From NCBI RefSeq assembly GCF_006345805.1, contig NC_043001.1:105586001-105650000 (forward strand): 64,000 nt of DNA, read 5' to 3'. Origin of the DNA: Octopus sinensis. Taxonomy: Eukaryota. Position numbers and translations under genes: made by a program. The notes beneath the pieces are model-generated. The model saw nothing but the letters and a program-made list of their open reading frames with translations. It ran no database searches and was not told the DNA's origin. The first letter of the stretch is position 1. Each line of letters starts with the position of its first letter. This document shows positions 12,176-26,365 of this stretch, one piece after another.

Positions 12176-12841
12176 CAAGAATAAGAGAGACGGAGACACT
12201 GATGGTCCTATGGAAAATATTCGTCCTCAGCCGCTTGGACTACTGCTCCCAACTATGGTCACCACACAATATAAAACTAACAGCAGAACTCGAAGCAATT
12301 CAGAGAAGCTACACAAAGAAAATCGTCTCAATGCAAAATATCAGCTACTGGGAAAGACTGAAGGTATTGAAACTCTTCTCCCTAAAGCGGAGGCGGGAGA
12401 GATATGCAGTGATATACATCTAGAAAATCCTGGAGGGTCTTGTCCCAAACATTGGCATTCAAAGTTACCCCAACCACAGAACAGGGCGCCAATGCATGGT
12501 GCCAAAGATCCCAACATCACCATCAAAATACACGTCCAGATACTGCAACAGCTTGGGTTTCAGAGGACCACAGCTCTTTAACATCCTCCCTAAATGCCTG
12601 AGAGACTTACATGCTGTGGATGTGGGTTTCTTTAAAACTAAACTGGATCTCTTCTTGTCGGGAGTTCCAGATGAACCTACCTCACGACAGGAGACGCAGA
12701 TGCGGGCATCAGCGTCGAACTCCCTTGTTGATCAAGTGCCACGTATCAGAGGTGGATTCACATATTAGTGTAGCTCATTCAGCGGTGGTGCCCCAGCATG
12801 GCCGCGGCCTCCGGCTAAAACATTTTAAAGGATTTTTAAGG

Positions 12842-12843
<2 letters not shown>
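12174..12843 (+). pseudogene. CR1-type LINE ORF2 3' end plus 3' UTR (5'-truncated, in (TA)n)
   Basis: ORF track: LWKIFVLSRLDYCSQLWSP..LEAIQRSYTKKI..SYWERLKVLKLFSLKRRRERYAVIYI*KILEG..GPQLFNILP..FKTKLDLFL, typical of the CR1-group C-terminus; one in-frame stop. Confidence 0.9.
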
Positions 12844-12880
<37 letters not shown>

Positions 12881-12899
12881 ATATATATATATGTGTATG

Positions 12900-12993
<94 letters not shown>

Positions 12994-13010
12994 CATGTAT
13001 ATATGTATGT
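12844..13010. repeat. (TA)n microsatellite
   Basis: Direct reading. Confidence 0.95.
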
Positions 13011-14118
13011 ATGTACAATATCATAATGCATCAAGTGACATATTATAATATATTGTATTATATTATATTACATAATGTTATATCTTAGATGAGCCAGTGT
13101 TTTATTAGCCCCAGTTTCGGCTGTGAGCGAAAAGGAACTGAACTTGCGTATCCACAGCGGAAACTCACGGGTGTATGGGACTCCGTTAGTGTCGAGTACT
13201 TTCTGATCGACACTCAACAGTAAACGGAGATATCGGTATGTGTGGGTATGCTCATATATAGTTGTGTGTGTGCGTGTATGTCTTTGCATGTGTGTGTTTA
13301 TGCGTGTCAATATTCTGCAATGATGTTACTTGCAGGGAAAATTGCTATGTATTCAATTTTACAATCTCTCAAATGATACGTATTTTATGATCGTATTGCC
13401 TGCTAGATGAGAGAAATTTCACATCACTATCAGCAGCAATCATGGAAGCTTTCATTTTAGTTGATTACAAATCGGTTCATTAAATAGAGCTGGCTGAATA
13501 TTAACACATTTATTATTAGTTATTTTCTAATTCTTCCACTGTGTTTGTTTTCCAGAACCAGATCAGATCTGATCCAACATTTCCAATCATCTCCTTTCTG
13601 TATGTACAGAATAAAAACACTGAGTCGAAAGTTGAAGCAAATACGATACTCAACGCGAATATATTTCGGAGTCACTACACATATGTAATATAAATGCAAA
13701 TGCTACTGTATATCATTATGTTTTTTGGCAGGGACTGATAATGCAATAATAAGGCAATTATTTTATTGGTAGATATCCAAACATATCATATGGTTGATTA
13801 TCTTTCATAGCAACACGAGTTTTTTTTTTTTTTTATTAAATCTTAAAATCACATTGCAAGTCACTGGTCTTATTCCTTGAAAGAAATTGGAAAAAAGACA
13901 TTCAGTCTTCAAACGCCACACTACAAAAACTGTTTTGCGACCAGCATTGTGCCAACAGTCAAATGCTTTTAAATGCCCATCAGTATACAATTTTACACAT
14001 AAATTTTCAATTTGTAATTATTTATCACAGCTGAATATGAACTTGCGATCTTTTATAACTGTGATCCACCGACTTCCCGTCCTTTCGGTGTCTACGATTA
14101 TATCTTTTCTGTAAACAT

Positions 14119-14492
14119 AGCGCAGGAGTGACTGTCTGGTAAGTAGCTCACTTAACAACCACATGGTTCCGGGTTCAGTACCACTGCGTGGAACATTGGG
14201 CAAGTGTTTCTACTATAGCCTTGGGCCGACCAAAGCCTTGTGAGTGGATTTGGTAGACGGAAACTGAAAGAAGCCTTTCGTATATATGTATATGTGTGTG
14301 TGTGTTTGTATGTCTGTTTTTGTCCCCGCAACATCGCTTGATGCTGGTGTAACATAGCGGTTCAGCAACAGAGAGCGATATAATAAGCACTAGGCTTACA
14401 AAGAATATGTCCTGGGGTCGATTTGCTCGACTAAAGGCAGTGCTCCAGCATAGCCGCAGTCAAATGACTGAAACCAGTAAAAGTGTAAAAGT
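14119..14492 (+). mobile_element. SINE-A, near full length
   Basis: tRNA-like head (ggttccgggttcagtaccac), ccttgggcaagt-like core, central TA/TG microsatellite, 3' ggtgctccagcatagccgcagtcaaatgactgaaac and (gtaaaa) tail. Confidence 0.92.
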
Positions 14493-16094
14493 GATATGAG
14501 AGAAACCGGGCACAGAACAAGCAGAGTATGGAAAGAGCATTATGAAAAAGAAGCGCAGCAAAGAAGTTTGAAGCTTGACAAAATGGCAGACATTGTTGAT
14601 CATAACAGAGGATGCTAAAGATAAAAGTAACAACGGTGTTGAATGAAATTTATTGAACGACGTAATCAGGGTTGAAATACAGTCATTTAAATTCTAATTA
14701 CATTTTAGCCATTATGCTCAACTCTTATTCGATCACAGCAACCATATGGGAATTGTGATTACAAGATAAGTTCACCTTGCAGTCAGGCCTACAACAGCAG
14801 TGTGTAATTAACGAGCGCTTCATTAGTGTCCAGTATTTAATTTAAGTCCGAGTAGACATGGAATCGGTGAACGTTATCTATTTTCCACCTTGAGAACAAT
14901 GCCAATACATTCACGTTATTATTCTAAAATTAGTCGTGTTGATAAATGATACAGCATTGTTCATTTCGAGGTAAATTATGAAGTGATGAGGCTGTTATAT
15001 ATTGTATTTTCATGAAGTTTCCTATTACCTGATCTACAGTGTGATTTAAAGAAAAATTCACTTTACTAATTTGTTTGAGAATATTGTATGAGATAATTAG
15101 CTGTTCATAAGAATCTCAAAACCAAGTCCATTGTCTCGGAGATAAATACTTTGCAAATCAGCTCGTGATCGGTGATCACTTGCTGATAAGCTGTAATTTA
15201 ACCAACAGCAGGATGTCATCGAATGAACATTAGCGACGATAAATAAGTTGCAAAGTTAAGTTATATTGTCCGCCAGATGTTGTACGTTTATGTAATACAT
15301 TGCAAGCGAATTTATAAAGAAAATATGATGTATTTATAATGGTAATTAAATCATAATGATAGCGTGAATTACAAGCTGCCTTCAACAAGATCTGTTGAAA
15401 TGTGCTCGGATTAGTGTACTCTTTCGTTTTTTGATTTTATAGGGAAATTATAGTTTTAGCTTCGTCCTAATGAATTGCACAATCTCTTCCATATGGTAAC
15501 GTGGATATAAAATGTAAATATACACTGGGATACATCTTGTAAAATTATTCCTTGGATGGTTAATCTATGGCTATTAGTCACAAGCGAAATGTGCGATTTC
15601 AGTGAAAAATTACGTCGAAGTAAAAATCCCCGACTTACATCCTGTTTGCGTGATTATAAAGTGTTCAATACTGCAAGAAATATTCTTTCTAGGTGTCTTA
15701 TATAATGATTATATTCTAGCAGTTGAACATTTTCCATATAATAAACTGATATTCTTAAGTTAAAAATCAACAATTAGGGGTCCTTATAATAATGGAAGGG
15801 AAATAATTATATGTTAGTTGAAAAAATAGTTTCACTTATGTGCTAAAATGGTTACCATATTTGACAGTCAGTAGCGAAACCAGGTTCGTATATATTCCGG
15901 TCGTTATACTGATTGCAACGACGAAGGATATTTGCAGGATTATTAATTATCAATTATTACTTGATTGTCTGTTGGTATATGAAAATACACTGTAGTAAGG
16001 AACAAATCAATCAGACCCCCACCCAATATTCTTTTTAAAAATATCTCTATCTATAGCTAGTCGTCAGCTATACTGAATTTGAAATGAATTTGTT

Positions 16095-16280
16095 ATCCAC
16101 CACCACTTGAGAACCAGTGTTGGTGTGTTTACGTCCCTATAATGTCGCGATTCGGCAAATAAGTACCGGGCTTACAAATAAAAGAAAAAAAAAGATGTAT
16201 TGGCGGCCGATTTATTCGACTGAAATTTCTCAAAGGCGATTCCCCAGCACAGCCGCAGTGTTATGGCTGAAGTAGTATTA
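16095..16280 (+). mobile_element. SINE-A 3' half, diverged
   Basis: tggtgtgtttacgtccc..ttcggcaaataagtaccgggcttaca..ccccagcacagccgcag. Confidence 0.7.
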
Positions 16281-16419
16281 AGCTAGAAGATATATCGTAT
16301 AGTGATTATTATAACTGAAGACGCGAGTCAAAGATAAGAACTATACTACTGAATTGAAAGGCTTAAGGACAGGTAAAGTACAATAATGGAAACTAAAATA
16401 GCAAGTAGAAAAGAAGTAA

Positions 16420-16552
16420 ACTATTTGCCTTCCATACTTTTGTGGTCGATAAAACTGAGCACCGGGGCCGATGTGATTGACTTAGATCCCATCCCCATCC
16501 ATCCGAAATTGCTGGCTTTGTGCCAAAACTTGAAACCAATATCCATTCCTCT
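16420..16552 (+). mobile_element. SINE-B 3' fragment
   Basis: tttgccttccat..ggtcgataaa..gcaccggggccgatgtgattgact..gctggctttgtgccaaaacttgaaaccaat. Confidence 0.7.
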
Positions 16553-17142
16553 CTCCATTTATTCAGTTTCACAACAAAGCCAGTAGCAATATTTATGATT
16601 TCATTCTTGTGAGTGCTGTTTCGGTCGTACATTGCATATGTGTTGCGTTTCAAACTGTGCCATATTTATGTATGTACAGGCCAATATAAGATCGATTCAT
16701 TCAGAAAAAGAATGTAGTGTGTGTTTTGAGGGAAATTATCTCTTATTTCTAACATGTCGACAGTTACGCATAAAATATCAGTATCCTCTTCAGAATTCTT
16801 CTCCAGGAGATCATTTATTTGTAGAGAAGTCAATAATTCAGATCAATATTTAAATCTTTATATTCATTTAATTGCGTACATCATTTCTCTGTGGGAATTC
16901 CACTGTCATTATTTTCAATCTTGGCTAATGAGCTAACACTTTTCAAGCCTACTCTCCATACATTTATTCGCTTGCATTTTGATTATCCCTGTCTCACGTG
17001 GAATTACAGTAAATGTTCACCAGAATATTATATGTTGACAATACCTGTTCAGATTCAAACATGAATATAATTACAATGCATACATGCATAAATACATACA
17101 CGCTTACACACACATATAAGTACATATGTATATGCATGTATG

Positions 17143-17219
<77 letters not shown>

Positions 17220-17226
17220 TTCTAAC

Positions 17227-17272
17227 AAAACTGTCCGACGAACGGGAACGTGAAACTCTGAGTAACAGTTTT
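17227..17272 (+). ncRNA. Type I hammerhead-like motif (repeat P4), core CCGACGA
   Basis: AAAACUGU-CCGACGA-ACG(GGAA)CGU-GAAA-CUC(U)GAG-UA|ACAGUUUU: 8-bp helix I, GNRA-capped helix II, GUA cleavage triplet. U4C deviates from consensus. Confidence 0.6.
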
Positions 17273-17334
17273 TTTGTGATTTTCTGCTGCTTGTAATAAA
17301 ACATATTATTTTACCTCTGGTAGATTAACATGCT

Positions 17335-17530
17335 CTCCACATCGTCCTTACAGTTTCGGCCGACTACACGTGAGACTGTTCAAATCTGGCTGCCCCCGAA
17401 AACATCTAAGCTAAGAGCATTAAATTTGGTGGGAGAAAGAAAGAGAATGTGTACGACAACAAAGACAAAAAAGCTGAGATGTGTCACAATTAGAAATACA
17501 AGCATCAAGAAAATAACAGCATGTGTCTTT
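17335..17530. mobile_element. Diverged P1 family fragment
   Basis: tttcggccgact..tgagactgttcaaatctggctgcccccgaaaacatctaagctaagagcatta resembles 18428-18500. Confidence 0.55.
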
Positions 17531-17781
17531 CGATCAATAAAGACGAATCAAGTTGAGTTAGTGTGTGTAGAGTGAAAGCCTTAAGGCAGGAACATAGGAG
17601 ATGAACATAAGAGATGAAAATCATGAAGCGGCGATATAAGCGATGCTTAGTATACAGATGGCAGTGAGCAGAGACTAGCGACGAAGCACAACCAGCCAGA
17701 ATGGAGCATGATGTGCACTGTTCTCATTGCCGTTTCTCTATAAGTTACCTCTGCTACAAAAATAGTTTGCATTTATAAACT

Positions 17782-17784
<3 letters not shown>

Positions 17785-17842
<58 letters not shown>

Positions 17843-17846
17843 TCAC
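17785..17846. repeat. (CA)n microsatellite
   Basis: Direct reading. Confidence 0.95.
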
Positions 17847-17870
17847 AAACAATGTCTGTGTGTATTATTT

Positions 17871-18232
17871 TCTTCTTTTATTTGTTTCAGTCATTTGACT
17901 GCGGCCATGCTAGAGCGCCGCCTTTAGTCGAGCAAATCGATCGCAGGACCTATTATTTTTAAGCCTAATACCTATTCTATTGGTCTCTTTTCCCGAACCG
18001 CTAAACGCACCAACATCGGTTATCAATAGATGTTGAACGGGAAAACACACACACACATACATATTTATACGACGGGCTTCTTTCAGTTTCCGTCCACCAA
18101 ATACAACCACAAGGCTTTGGCTGGCCTGAACCTATAGTGGAAGATACTTGCCCAAGGTGCTACACAGATGGACTGAAAGAGAAGCATGTGGTTGTTAAGC
18201 AGGCCACCCACCACACAGCCACTCCTGCGCCT
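17871..18232 (-). mobile_element. SINE-A, full length
   Basis: Reverse complement of SINE-A from gtttcagtcatttgactgcggccatgc to ccacacagccactcctgcgcc. Confidence 0.92.
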
Positions 18233-18281
18233 ATGATGTATATATTTATATATATATATATATATCTTTATATATATATAT

Positions 18282-18655
18282 AATACAAAATGGAAGAGGA
18301 ACGCAAAACATCCGGAAAACCAGGTGATACAAAAAGGGACAAAACATCTAGATAGGCGATACAAAAAAACAAGGACGCATCATTCGAAGCTTTCTATTCT
18401 CAGTCAAGAACCGGATAATCCTCGCAATTTCGGCTGATTAATCTTGAGATTGCTCCAATCTGGTCTGCCCCAAGGAAAAACTGAGCCAAAAGCATTAGAT
18501 TCCTGGGAAGAAAGCATTGAATGTATACAAAAACAACAGCGGCAAAACAGACGATGTTACACAAATATAAATACAAAATACAGTACAAAACACAGTAGAA
18601 AATATAAATACAAAATACAGTAAAAAAAATAATAATAATAACAGGACATCATTTG
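18282..18655. mobile_element. P1 family repeat (PLE-terminal-like) next to (TA)n
   Basis: Shares blocks with 1889-2028 and 17335-17530. Confidence 0.6.
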
Positions 18656-19904
18656 AATAAAGTTAAATGGTCTGGCTTTCACGTTCCTCAGTATTGCATT
18701 TTCAATTTTTTTTTACACATTACAGAATTGATAGCTGGGTAATTTATTTCTCTTCGTCATATATAAGTGATTATTCTCTGTATGGTCAGAAAAAAAGATG
18801 TGCAACCGATTATTGAGGAAATGTACAAGTGTTGAAACTGCTCCTGTCGATCTCATGCTTTATTCACACTTGATCTCTCAAATTGTTTGTAATTTCAGTT
18901 TATTCATCGACGTTTTGTTGACAATAGATTATGTTAAACGTAACGGGGAGATATTGAGGAAGTAGGAACAGGATATTGGCCGCGGACTTAATCAAGCACA
19001 GAAATGAATGTTTACAAAGTCTTTACTGCTTCGGAAATCAAAATGAATAAAGTATATTTTAGAAATATAATGAAATATTAAGAACTGAACCCGTTATATG
19101 TTATTAAGTATCATTACGTTTCCAAATAGAAACGGCAATATATAATATTGTCGATGGAATGTCAAAAAATATCACTGATTCTTGAATGCATTTATATTTT
19201 ATCAGCAACGAAATGTGAAAAGGAAATTTGCCGATGTAAACACAAACATAAAGAATAATCACAAAAAATCTCTGTTTTCCCTAAAATATTGTGGTTGGTA
19301 CTCTACTGATTCTTCTACTTCAACACCCATCTTTGCAAGAATAAATTTAAAGTAATATTTTGCTAAAAAGACAAAAACAAGGCAAGCGTTGTAGAGCGAG
19401 AAATGTGCTCACAGGGAAACCTCTAGCATGACGGATTATTAACTCTCGGTTGGATAATTTTCAATTCCCTCACTTCAGTTTTACTTGTAGCAATCGCATT
19501 AACGTCATCGCTAATCAATTACCATCCTTTTAAAGTAATACTTCATTCTCTATGGTTCCTAAGCAAGATATTCGACGCAGTATTTGAATTGTGGAGCTCT
19601 AGTGAAACCGGCTTGTTTCGAATCTGCAGCAAATTGAATTCATTTAAACAAGGAAGACTAAGAAAATGTAAGAAGAAAATATTACAATACATGCGATATA
19701 TAATTGTGATGCATATTTTCAACTCGTCTTGACTCTCCTTTCATTACTCAGTGGAGAAATGAAATAGATCTCACCGTTCCTTAGTATTTGGTGATAATCA
19801 TTAAAAGTGACAGTCGATATTATAACTCAAAGCTCCGATAAATCACAGGCACAGTTGCCGTGTGTAGGTGACACCTTTTCAAGTCTCTATTCATGTTGTG
19901 GCCC

Positions 19905-20254
19905 TCCCTCAGTTACTTCGACGAGGGTTCAAGTTGATCCGATTAACGGAACAGCCTGCTCGTGAAATTAACGTGCAAGTGGCTGAGAACTCCACAGACA
20001 ATCTACCTTGAACGTAGTTCTTCGGGTGATTCAGCGCGACAAAGAGTGTGATAAGGCTGGCCCTTTGAAATACAGGTACAACAGAAACAGGAAGGAAGAG
20101 TGAGAGAAAGTTGTGGTGAAAGAGAACAGCAGGAGTCGCCCCCCACAGCCGCAACCTCGTGGCGCTTTGGGTGTTTTCGCTCAATAAACACTCACAACGC
20201 CCGGTCTGGATGTCGAAACCGCGATCCCATGACCGCGTGTCTGCTGCGCCTCCA
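19905..20254 (-). mobile_element. SINE-C
   Basis: Reverse complement of the 22019-22388 family (gttaatttcacgagcaggctgttccgtt..caacttgaaccctcgtcg); head has a ~20-bp deletion. Confidence 0.9.
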
Positions 20255-20256
20255 CC

Positions 20257-20446
<190 letters not shown>

Positions 20447-20479
20447 ATATGTTTCTCTAATTGTACAGGAAAGAAAGAG

Positions 20480-22010
20480 TAAGATTCTCCACCATTTTTA
20501 AGAACGATGGCTCGTTAAATTCTAACGAGTAGACACTGCTCTAGAGCTGCAATGATGTCCTCCCTTCTGATCAGAATCTAAATTATGGCACAGACTGATA
20601 GGTCATATCCGTATATACAGCAGAATGGCTGTTTTGTTTAAGGTATTTCCTTTAGAACGGCTGACTTTCACATCGTTTATGCAGCTCTGAGATACCATTT
20701 GTTTGACTTCTGATTTTAGTTGCTTTACTTTCACGGTGGATTCCTCACATATGTCCTCATATTCCTCACTCCATTGCAGTATCGGCGCTCTTTTCTATAC
20801 TTTACATATTTAAAAATAAAATATGTAATTTTTTTTTGTTTCTTGGTACTTTTATTCTCGCCGTGAGCTTCAAGAAAAACATTTATTGTTATTCTTCAAA
20901 CAGTTTTGCTGTCTTTCGACGTAGTTCCAGCTGTGTCCTTCCACATCCTTTTCTGAGATATAAATCTGTCATCATCTGTTTTTCAGTGAAAATCTTGCGT
21001 ATTTTTGTGTTATTTTTGAGAGATTATTTTATGATATTAACATGCTTAGCCAGAGTATCGATGGTCTCACTCCAATTTATTGCATTGATCTCACATTTTA
21101 CTATATAATTTACCTGTACGATGAGATTTTTACGTTTATTCTCGTGCATTTGCGAGTGATGGATGCTATCCACTCAAATACACCCAAAAGATTATGCTTT
21201 TCCTCGGGATCTAATTCTTTAATATCGCAGTCCCGTCCTGTAGTACGGTATTGGGTTTCATTTTCTGTTTCCTTTAAAAAATAGCTTTCAAACATTTATC
21301 GATGTCAAACGCCATTTTATTATCGTTAGTAAACAGTTCTCTTAAAGTTAAAAGCCGTTCAGATTTTTGATCAAATTTGCCAAAATCTTTTGATCAACCA
21401 TGTGGAGGAGGTGTTTTATCGATCTATCTTGTATTCTGTAACCAAGTCTTGTGTTATTTAACAACATACTTAGAGAAATAAGACATTTTAAGAAGACGAA
21501 TAGTTATAAATAACGGGCTGCAGAATGTCGTATTTTATATTCACAACTCCAGTGTTTAGACTATCTGCCATTCCTATCACCTTCATACTATTCTCTGGAA
21601 ACGAATGAATAACCGATATGATTTTGTAGATTCCCATGCATTACTCAACCCAACAATGCTGAAGATTACCAAACGCTTTTCTGTTGCTAATCCATGCAAT
21701 GGGAATATTTTTACGTTGTATATCGCAGATCATCATTATATAAATTAGAAGATAGTCTTTACACTCACACAATCCACATTTACAACATTCTTGACCGATG
21801 AGGATTGTCTTGTTGTCCATCAGAAAGGTATGCGTGTATCCAGTAATGATGGATATTCGCAGATTAATTTTCAAAACTTCCGTACTTCCTTCACAGTGAA
21901 TATCGTTTTAACAGGTACCGTAGCTTTAGTAACTTTTCTTAGGAGAGTTTTTGGAACAATTATTTGCTTGTTATTCTTTCATAAATTCATTGATTCCATT
22001 TATCATCCTT
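20480..22010 (-). pseudogene. Very old APE-type LINE (RTE-like) ORF remnant
   Basis: Hand translation: LRISIITGYTHT and DNKTILIGQECCKCG (APE 'ISCYSPT..IIGGDFNAKIG'-like), VDQKILANL (SDHRIV-like), FESYFLKETEN. Many stops and frameshifts. Confidence 0.4.
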
Positions 22011-22018
22011 TTGATACG

Positions 22019-22388
22019 TGGAGGCACAGTGGCCCAGTGGTTAGGGCAGCGTACTCGCGGTCGTAGAATCGCGGTTTCGATCTCCAGACCGGGTGTTGTG
22101 AGTGTTTATTGAGCGAAAATACTTGAAGCTCCACAATGCTCCGGCAGGGGTGGGTGGCGAACCTGCTGTACTCTTTCACCACAAATTATTCTCACTGTTT
22201 CTGTTGTACCTCTATTTCAAAAGGGCCAGCCTTGTCACACTTTGTGTGACGCTGAATCTTCCCGAGAACTACATTAAGGGTACACGTGACGGTCGAGTAC
22301 TCAGCCACTTGCACGTTAATTTGATGAGCAGGTTGTTCCGTTGATCGGATCAACTGGAACCCTCGTCGTCGTAACCGACGGAGTGCCA
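22019..22388 (+). mobile_element. SINE-C, full length
   Basis: A-box tggcccagtggtta, B-box-like ggtttcgatctcc; possible TSD ttttgatacg (22009-22018) / ttttcatacg (22395-22404). Confidence 0.92.
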
Positions 22389-23019
22389 CGACAATTTTCA
22401 TACGATTCCTTTTCCGTTCCTTATCTTTTAATACCTTAACGATTTCTATGAATTTTATGTTCCTGAGAAATATGTAATCCATGTACATTAATATCATTTC
22501 TCTTATGCTGTTATCCTGCTTAAATGTTGCGTTTCATAAGCTTGAGTACCGCACGGTACCAGTGCTTCTTTAATCCGCAGCATGGAGTAGATTATTCTGC
22601 GGAGTTAGATGAACATCATTTTCATTCAACATCTATTTTCAGCTCCAGCAATGTTACTTATCATTCTAGCATTTTAATTGGAGATATTTGGAATGTAATT
22701 GCGACTACGAAGATCGATGCATTTATCTTTCAAACACTTGAATAGAATTTTTGCCCTGAGATTGTCAAATCCAGTATCAGCGTTTCCCTTAGCCCTATAA
22801 TGAAAGGTCTCAAACTTGATTTCATTAACCAGTCTCTTTCGTTATTCCTGCATCATTTTCACACTGACGGGTGTTCGTGTCATTATTTGCATTCTCATTA
22901 GTATTGCTATTTGCCGAAACATATATTTGCATCGGTTGAATAATCATATCAGCCAACAGCTTAGTGTTGATATACTGTAAGCAATAGCTAATTTGCAGAT
23001 GTCTGTGTTTGGTCTTTAA

Positions 23020-23890
23020 TTCATCTTTATTTCACTGGTTTCAGCCCATGGCTGAAGTCATACTGTTGCACCACCTGTAGTTACCCGGTGTTGTTTCTGG
23101 TATTGTTTTTTTTGGGAAGTAGCGAATTGGACGGATCTGCTCTTCTTTGCATCTCCTAACACGATGTGGATCCATCTGGTATCTAAGACAGAAACCTGTC
23201 CAGACATTCCTTGAAAACTTTCATATCAACACTATATAGATCCCTAAGGTTGCCTGGAAGGATGCTGAACAATTGCGGGCCCTTGAAACCCAGGATATTG
23301 CAGTACTGTGTCCTTGGTTTTAGAGTGGGAAGACGGGATCTTTGGTATGAAGCAATGCCGCCCAGTTCGAGGATTGCTATAGCTTTCTATTCCAAAATTG
23401 GGAGCTACACCCTCCAAAATCTTCCAAATATATATCACCGCATATTTCTCTTGTCTTCTCTCCAGAGAATAGAGACTCAGCTCATTTGGCCTCTCCCAGT
23501 AGCCCATCTTTTGCATCCAGTCTATATTCTCTGTGTATTGGCGCTGGATTGTTTCGAGTTCCACACTTTGTTTCACACTCACTGGGGACTCTAGTTGGGA
23601 AAACTAGTCCAAGCAGCTGAGAACGGAAGTCTTCCATATGGGTAGCAGGGCTTCTCTTTTCCTGGTTCTGAATGTCCTAAGAATATATCCAGCCACTTGC
23701 CTTGACAGTAGCTCTGTTGATATCGTTTCCCTTCGCTCAGTTTAAGTATATGTTGGCCTTGAGATATCACAAGACGTTGTTTTCTGTCCCTCGTCAATTT
23801 TTGCCTTCGGTTACCCTTATTAAGTGCAGACGCTATGCATAAAAGGGCATTGTACCGAGGTATCCTAGAAAGGGGAGATTTCGTTCATGT
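23020..23890 (-). pseudogene. Older CR1-type LINE ORF2 3' fragment with tail
   Basis: ORF track: ELETIQRQYTENI..YWER..LYSLERRQEKYAVIYIWKILEG; upstream ILRTFRTRKREALLPIWKTSVLSCLD; tail ggtggtgcaacagtatgacttcagcc..ggctgaaac. Confidence 0.8.
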
Positions 23891-24649
23891 TCGAATTACT
23901 TGCCCACTGTCCTTATGACTAAAATATACTGTAATAGTGATCTCAGCGAGTGAGGATAATGGGGGCTGGGGGCAAATAACCGTATCCTGTTTTTCCATTT
24001 ATCTAACATTACTAGCGGTAGTATTATAATATTATGCGATAATTCTTGGTACTCACAGTTCTTTGGGGATAACGTATTAGCCATTTTTATCTCTCGAAAC
24101 TAAAAATCATTTGTGTGAATCACTAGAATGTATTTATTCCAAGTGAACAGATTACAGATGTATTAAAATAGAATTCCTCTTTGCAGCTTTAAGAGAATAA
24201 TTATCAGTATTTGTTTTGGAGTAATTCATTTTCTTCTTTAAAACTCCGGATGTTCGCTGTTATTCGGAATAGACTTGGGTCTCCGAGCAATTATATATAG
24301 AATAGACTTAGCAAAACTCAATACTAATGTAATAATATGACAGGGAGAAAAACACACAAAACAAAACGCATTATGCCATTTGAATACCATATAAACAATA
24401 CATGCATTGCATCTAATTTGCAAATCATTTCGCTAATATTATGTTTTCTAAATTCGTTACATTCCATATTTTCGCTTGATAACCAAGACGTTAGTTGCAT
24501 AAATATGATTGGCCGAATTGTTTCGCCTGCCATTTCACAGAGTCGATTAGGATTCAATAATGACAAATTACCGATTATGTGACATATGTTGAGAACCTAT
24601 AAACAATATTTCTTTTTAATACCGGAGAATATTAAATGATACATATACA

Positions 24650-24933
<284 letters not shown>

Positions 24934-25784
24934 AGAAAGAGGTGAGAGAGACAGTGACAGACAGATGGAGGCATGGATATATTGATACAAATAAATGCAT
25001 ACATATTCTTAGGGTTAATATACAAAAAATATACATACATATACACATGGAAATATATATAGTGTTATATAGAGAGAAAATAACTCATGATATTCAGATG
25101 ATCATTCATGTATAAGTCAAAAGATATTTGTGTGTTTACAGAGCAGATGTACACGGAGTATAAAAGATACGGAAATCTAATAGGAGAGGGTATAGTGCTT
25201 CAGGTTCGACAGCTGTTTCTGGAGACTCGGAATTACGTAATAGTTGTCACATTATCAGATGGAAAGTGCAAAAAGTCAAGAATACTAAAACAATGGCGGA
25301 TGTATATAAGCATTACCGTAAATATGAACCCCGTCTTCAGGCTGAAAGGATTGGCGTCTTACATTTACACGAATCATGGCCAGATGTAAGATAGATCGCT
25401 TTCTATGACTATATTCAAAATGTTGTGAGAACGAAACTACCAAGGAAGATCGTCAGTAAGTTCAATCCGCAATAAACTGTAGCTTTTAGTCATATACGCG
25501 TGTAAGCTATTGAAACTCTTCTCGTATCACCATCTACGTATATATGTTGATGCAGAATTCTAATGAAATTCCCCTGTGTGAGGTTCCAATTCGTTTTCCG
25601 CTTATTAATGATAACGAGCACGTAAACAACTACTTTCAAATTAACCGAAAAAGCTTTCAGCTAAGATAATGATAATTATGATGGAATATCTTCTGACGTT
25701 GTCTAAGAATTATAATATACGTGCATTTGGATGCTAATATTTTCCTCTCTGAAATTATCGTATGCATTGCAAATCTCCCTCTAA

Positions 25785-25786
<2 letters not shown>

Positions 25787-25842
<56 letters not shown>

Positions 25843-25857
25843 TATATATTATATATA

Positions 25858-25923
<66 letters not shown>

Positions 25924-26170
25924 CTATATATATATATATATATATAAACATATATATACATACATATATATATACATATATATACATAAACACACACACA
26001 CACACATATATATCTATATATATACATACATAAGCATATATATATATATGTGTGTGTATGTGTGTGTGTATATAGCTAGATACATATATAGATAGAGATA
26101 GAGAGAGTGGGGGGAAATTGATAGATGGCTAGAAAGATAGATAGTGATAAATGCGTGTGTGTACGTATGT
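25787..26170. repeat. (TA)n/(CA)n/(TG)n/(GA)n microsatellite block
   Basis: Direct reading. Confidence 0.9.
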
Positions 26171-26365
26171 GCATGTGTCTGTTTCTGCGTTTGCCCACCA
26201 ACCAGCACGCATTAACCGGTGTATTTACGTATCCGTCAGCTAGCGGTTCGGTAAAAAGAACCGTTTGAATAAGTACCGGGAACGATTCATTCGATTAAAT
26301 TTCTTCAAGCCGGTACCCTAACAATAGCCGTAGTCTAATGACTGAAACCTGTCAAATAAAAAAGA

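Noticed and set aside
22019-22090. tRNA gene-like heads (also 28606, 42629, 61746)
   Set aside because: A/B boxes are present but I could not fold a full cloverleaf, and each continues into a SINE body or tail.
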